In this document: in pieces, positions 7,445 to 9,389 of the stretch | Numbering within the stretch: the stretch's first letter is position 1 | How the letters are laid out: every line of letters begins with the position of its first letter | NCBI GenBank assembly: GCA_964457525.1 | Contig: CAYWGS010000058.1 | Coordinates: 1 to 9,389 of the forward strand | Direction: 5' to 3' | Length of the DNA stretch: 9,389 nt | DNA from: an uncultured Erysipelotrichaceae bacterium | GTDB lineage: Bacteria > Bacillota_I > Bacilli_A > Erysipelotrichales > Erysipelotrichaceae | Notes under the pieces: generated by a model | What the model was told of the DNA's origin: nothing | Databases searched by the model: none | What the model saw: only the letters and a program-made list of their open reading frames with translations | Program-made: the position numbers and the translations under genes

Positions 7445-9019
7445 TTACTTACCTGAATCACCATAATTGCTTAAGACACGAGCAGAAGGATCTTTAACAT
7501 CACTTCCAACCCATTCTTTATTCGGCATCCAGAAAGCAGTAATTAAATGACTATGGTTAGGAAAATAACTTTCGAACACATCTCGATACCATAATGCTTC
7601 TTTTGTGAATGGAGTGTTGTTTGGATATTTCATAAATGCACAATTTAAATCATCCTCAGTATAAAGTTTCTCTGCATATGCTTTTAATTGATCTACCATT
7701 GAATGGCCAACCGCATCAGAGAACGCAGCCTTTTCACGCCATAGAATAGCATCTGGAATAAGTTCATCTTTCTCAAATGCTTTGCGCAATAAGAACTTAC
7801 CCTTACCACTCTTATTTAGTTTTAACTCTGGATCAATTGACATCACTTCTTTGACAAATGCTAAATCACCAAAAGGAACACGTGCTTCAAGCGACCAAGC
7901 CGCGATGCAACGATCTGCTCTAAGGACATCATACTCATAAAGTTCTTCTAATCGTTTTTCAGATTCTTTTTGAAATGCATTCGCGTTAGGAGCGAAATCT
8001 GTGTACTTGTAACCAAATAGTTCATCACTAATCTCACCGGTTAAAATAACTTTGATATCTGTTTTCTCCTTAATGAACTTTGATAATAAGTACATACCAA
8101 GAGAAGCTCTGATTGTTGTAATATCATAGGTTTCTAAATGATAAATGACCAAAGGTAATGCCTCTAGAACTTCTTCAAATGTCATTGTTACTTCATAATG
8201 CTTACTTCCAATATGCTCTGAAACAATTTTTGCATATTTTAAATCAATCGCATCATGTTCCATCCCTATCGCAAATGTAACAATAGGCTTACTGGTAAAA
8301 GATGCCCCAATTGCAGCAACAAGCGATGAATCAAGCCCACCACTTAACAAATAACCAAGTGGAACATCTGACATCATTCTCTTTTTTACTGCATCAACTA
8401 ATTTATGTTTGATTTTTGATACTGCTAATTTTTCATCCGAAATTAAATAATTTACCTCTTTTACATCATGATAATGGATCCATTTACCATCATAGTAAAT
8501 CGTACCAATTGGAAAAGGTTTAATATCATCACAAATATGAATCAATGCTTTAACTTCAGAAGCGAATGCAATCTTACCAGATGACTTTAAGTATCCATAG
8601 AACAAAGGTCTAATCCCTAATGGGTCTCTTCCAGCAACAACAATTCCCAATTCCTTATCGAATATAACAAAAGCACATTCCGCATCAAGATAAGATCCCA
8701 TTTGAGGTCCATATTTAAGATATAAAGGTAATAGCACTTCACAATCAGAATGTGAAGTATACTCATATTCACTGAAATATTCTTTTAAATATTGTTCATT
8801 ATAAATTTCACCATTACACATCACAATTAAACGATCCGTTATAAACGGTTGCATACCCTTCTCACTGGTATCCATAATCGCTAAACGATGAAATCCAAAT
8901 ATACTATTCTCTTCCCTATGAACAAATGCTTGATCAGGACCTCGATGGGAAATCGTATTAAATGCAATTAAGAAATCCTTATCACTAATTTTTTCATCAA
9001 CAAATAGTAATCCACACAT
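7445..9019 (-). CDS. asnB: Asparagine synthetase B (glutamine-hydrolysing)
   Basis: N-terminal MCG (class II Ntn amidotransferases need Cys directly after the initiator Met), HRGPD, the PP-loop LLSGGLDSS and a C-terminal AsnB-type synthetase domain. The true start is the ATG at 9019. The TTG at 9034 used by the ORF track is itself part of the SD GGAGG, which sits 8 nt upstream of that ATG. Confidence 0.93.
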   Translation of the reverse strand: MCGLLFVDEKISDKDFLIAFNTISHRGPDQAFVHREENSIFGFHRLAIMDTSEKGMQPFITDRLIVMCNGEIYNEQYLKEYFSEYEYTSHSDCEVLLPLYLKYGPQMGSYLDAECAFVIFDKELGIVVAGRDPLGIRPLFYGYLKSSGKIAFASEVKALIHICDDIKPFPIGTIYYDGKWIHYHDVKEVNYLISDEKLAVSKIKHKLVDAVKKRMMSDVPLGYLLSGGLDSSLVAAIGASFTSKPIVTFAIGMEHDAIDLKYAKIVSEHIGSKHYEVTMTFEEVLEALPLVIYHLETYDITTIRASLGMYLLSKFIKEKTDIKVILTGEISDELFGYKYTDFAPNANAFQKESEKRLEELYEYDVLRADRCIAAWSLEARVPFGDLAFVKEVMSIDPELKLNKSGKGKFLLRKAFEKDELIPDAILWREKAAFSDAVGHSMVDQLKAYAEKLYTEDDLNCAFMKYPNNTPFTKEALWYRDVFESYFPNHSHLITAFWMPNKEWVGSDVKDPSARVLSNYGDSGK

Positions 9020-9035
9020 GAGCTTTTCCTCCAAT

Positions 9036-9069
9036 AAAAAACAGTCTCATCCACTAGGGACGAAGACTG
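9036..9069 (-). terminator. Intrinsic terminator of the T-box leader (attenuator)
   Basis: Minus strand reads ACAGTCT(T)CGTCC-CTAGT-GGATGAGACTGT-TTTT, about 12 bp of stem followed by a U run. It lies immediately 3' of the T-box sequence, whose 3' part can alternatively pair to form the antiterminator. Confidence 0.8.
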
Positions 9070-9276
9070 TAAGCTCCGTGGTACCACCCTTATTACCTAA
9101 ATTAGGTCACTTTATCAGGTTCTAACAAACCCTATTCCAATAACGGGGAAATCCGACACATCCTACTTAATTCAGATTGTAGCTCAAAGGGGTTACAGAA
9201 TTAAAGATTCCGGTTGGCATTACACCTGACCCAACTCGCTGAACGGATTACTTTAATCTACATATCCTTATCATTG
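9036..9276 (-). promoter_or_regulatory. T-box riboswitch leader (tRNA-sensing transcription attenuator), probable Asn specificity
   Basis: Minus-strand elements in canonical order. GA/K-turn-like GCAATGATAAGG (about 9265-9276). AG bulge AGCGA (9235-9239). Distal hairpin GTTGG-GTCAGGTGTAATG-CCAAC. 3' base strand CCTTTGAGC. F-box CCGTTA (9140-9145). Stem III ACCTA-ATT-TAGGT. T-box sequence AATAAGGGTGGTACCACGG (core 9075-9088). Terminator as above. AAC (plus-strand GTT, 9191-9193) sits where the specifier codon is expected. Confidence 0.9.
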
Positions 9277-9279
9277 CTT

Positions 9280-9308
9280 TTTTATACAATAAACTAAAAA
9301 TATGTAAA
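9280..9308 (-). promoter_or_regulatory. Putative sigma-A promoter of the T-box/asnB transcript
   Basis: -35 TTTACA (9308..9303), a 17-nt spacer, then -10 TATAAA (9285..9280). This places the transcript start a few nt before the stem I base. The exact TSS cannot be determined from sequence. Confidence 0.55.
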
Positions 9309-9389
9309 TGTAAATATCTATTTTCTGTAAATAAATGTAAATTATACTAAACCATTTATAGATTACTCATTTGATTGATCTTATTTGAT

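Noticed and set aside
9040-9260. A structured region upstream of asnB as a possible tRNA or sRNA gene
   Set aside because: No cloverleaf fits. The conserved blocks (AGCGA, CCGTTA, GGGTGGTACC, terminator) and the position directly 5' of a CDS on the same strand identify it as a cis-acting T-box leader.
9341-9346. Perfect TATAAT (minus strand) about 60 nt upstream of the chosen T-box promoter
   Set aside because: The hexamer 17 nt upstream (TGAGTA) is a poor -35 and there is no TG extension. The TTTACA-N17-TATAAA pair fits the stem I start better. It remains a possible alternative TSS that only experimental mapping can exclude.

Overview
AT-rich, low-GC Bacillota-type chromosomal segment. Seven intact genes all lie on the minus strand. 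In transcription order (right to left): asnB, a GNAT acetyltransferase, a Cof-type HAD phosphatase, a PHP (HisJ-type) phosphatase, cardiolipin synthase, a patatin-like phospholipase and adhE. The best-supported non-coding elements are a complete T-box leader upstream of asnB (9036-9276) and three 18-bp Rex-type palindromes in the adhE control region (2738-2905). The T-box has stem I, F-box, T-box sequence and terminator, with AAC (Asn) as the probable specifier. I found no rRNA, tRNA, CRISPR array, transposase, integrase or other mobile-element signature, and no obvious defence-system architecture. The three plus-strand ORFs in the track are antisense shadows of conserved genes. I do not see a convincing novel system; this reads as ordinary core metabolism and lipid housekeeping. 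The most hypothesis-generating feature is the tight HAD-PHP-cls-patatin block (11-nt overlap, ATGA overlap, 9-nt gap). It could be a phospholipid head-group and cardiolipin-remodelling module, but that is inference from gene context only. All motif matches were made by eye and from remembered consensus sequences, without any search or folding tool.
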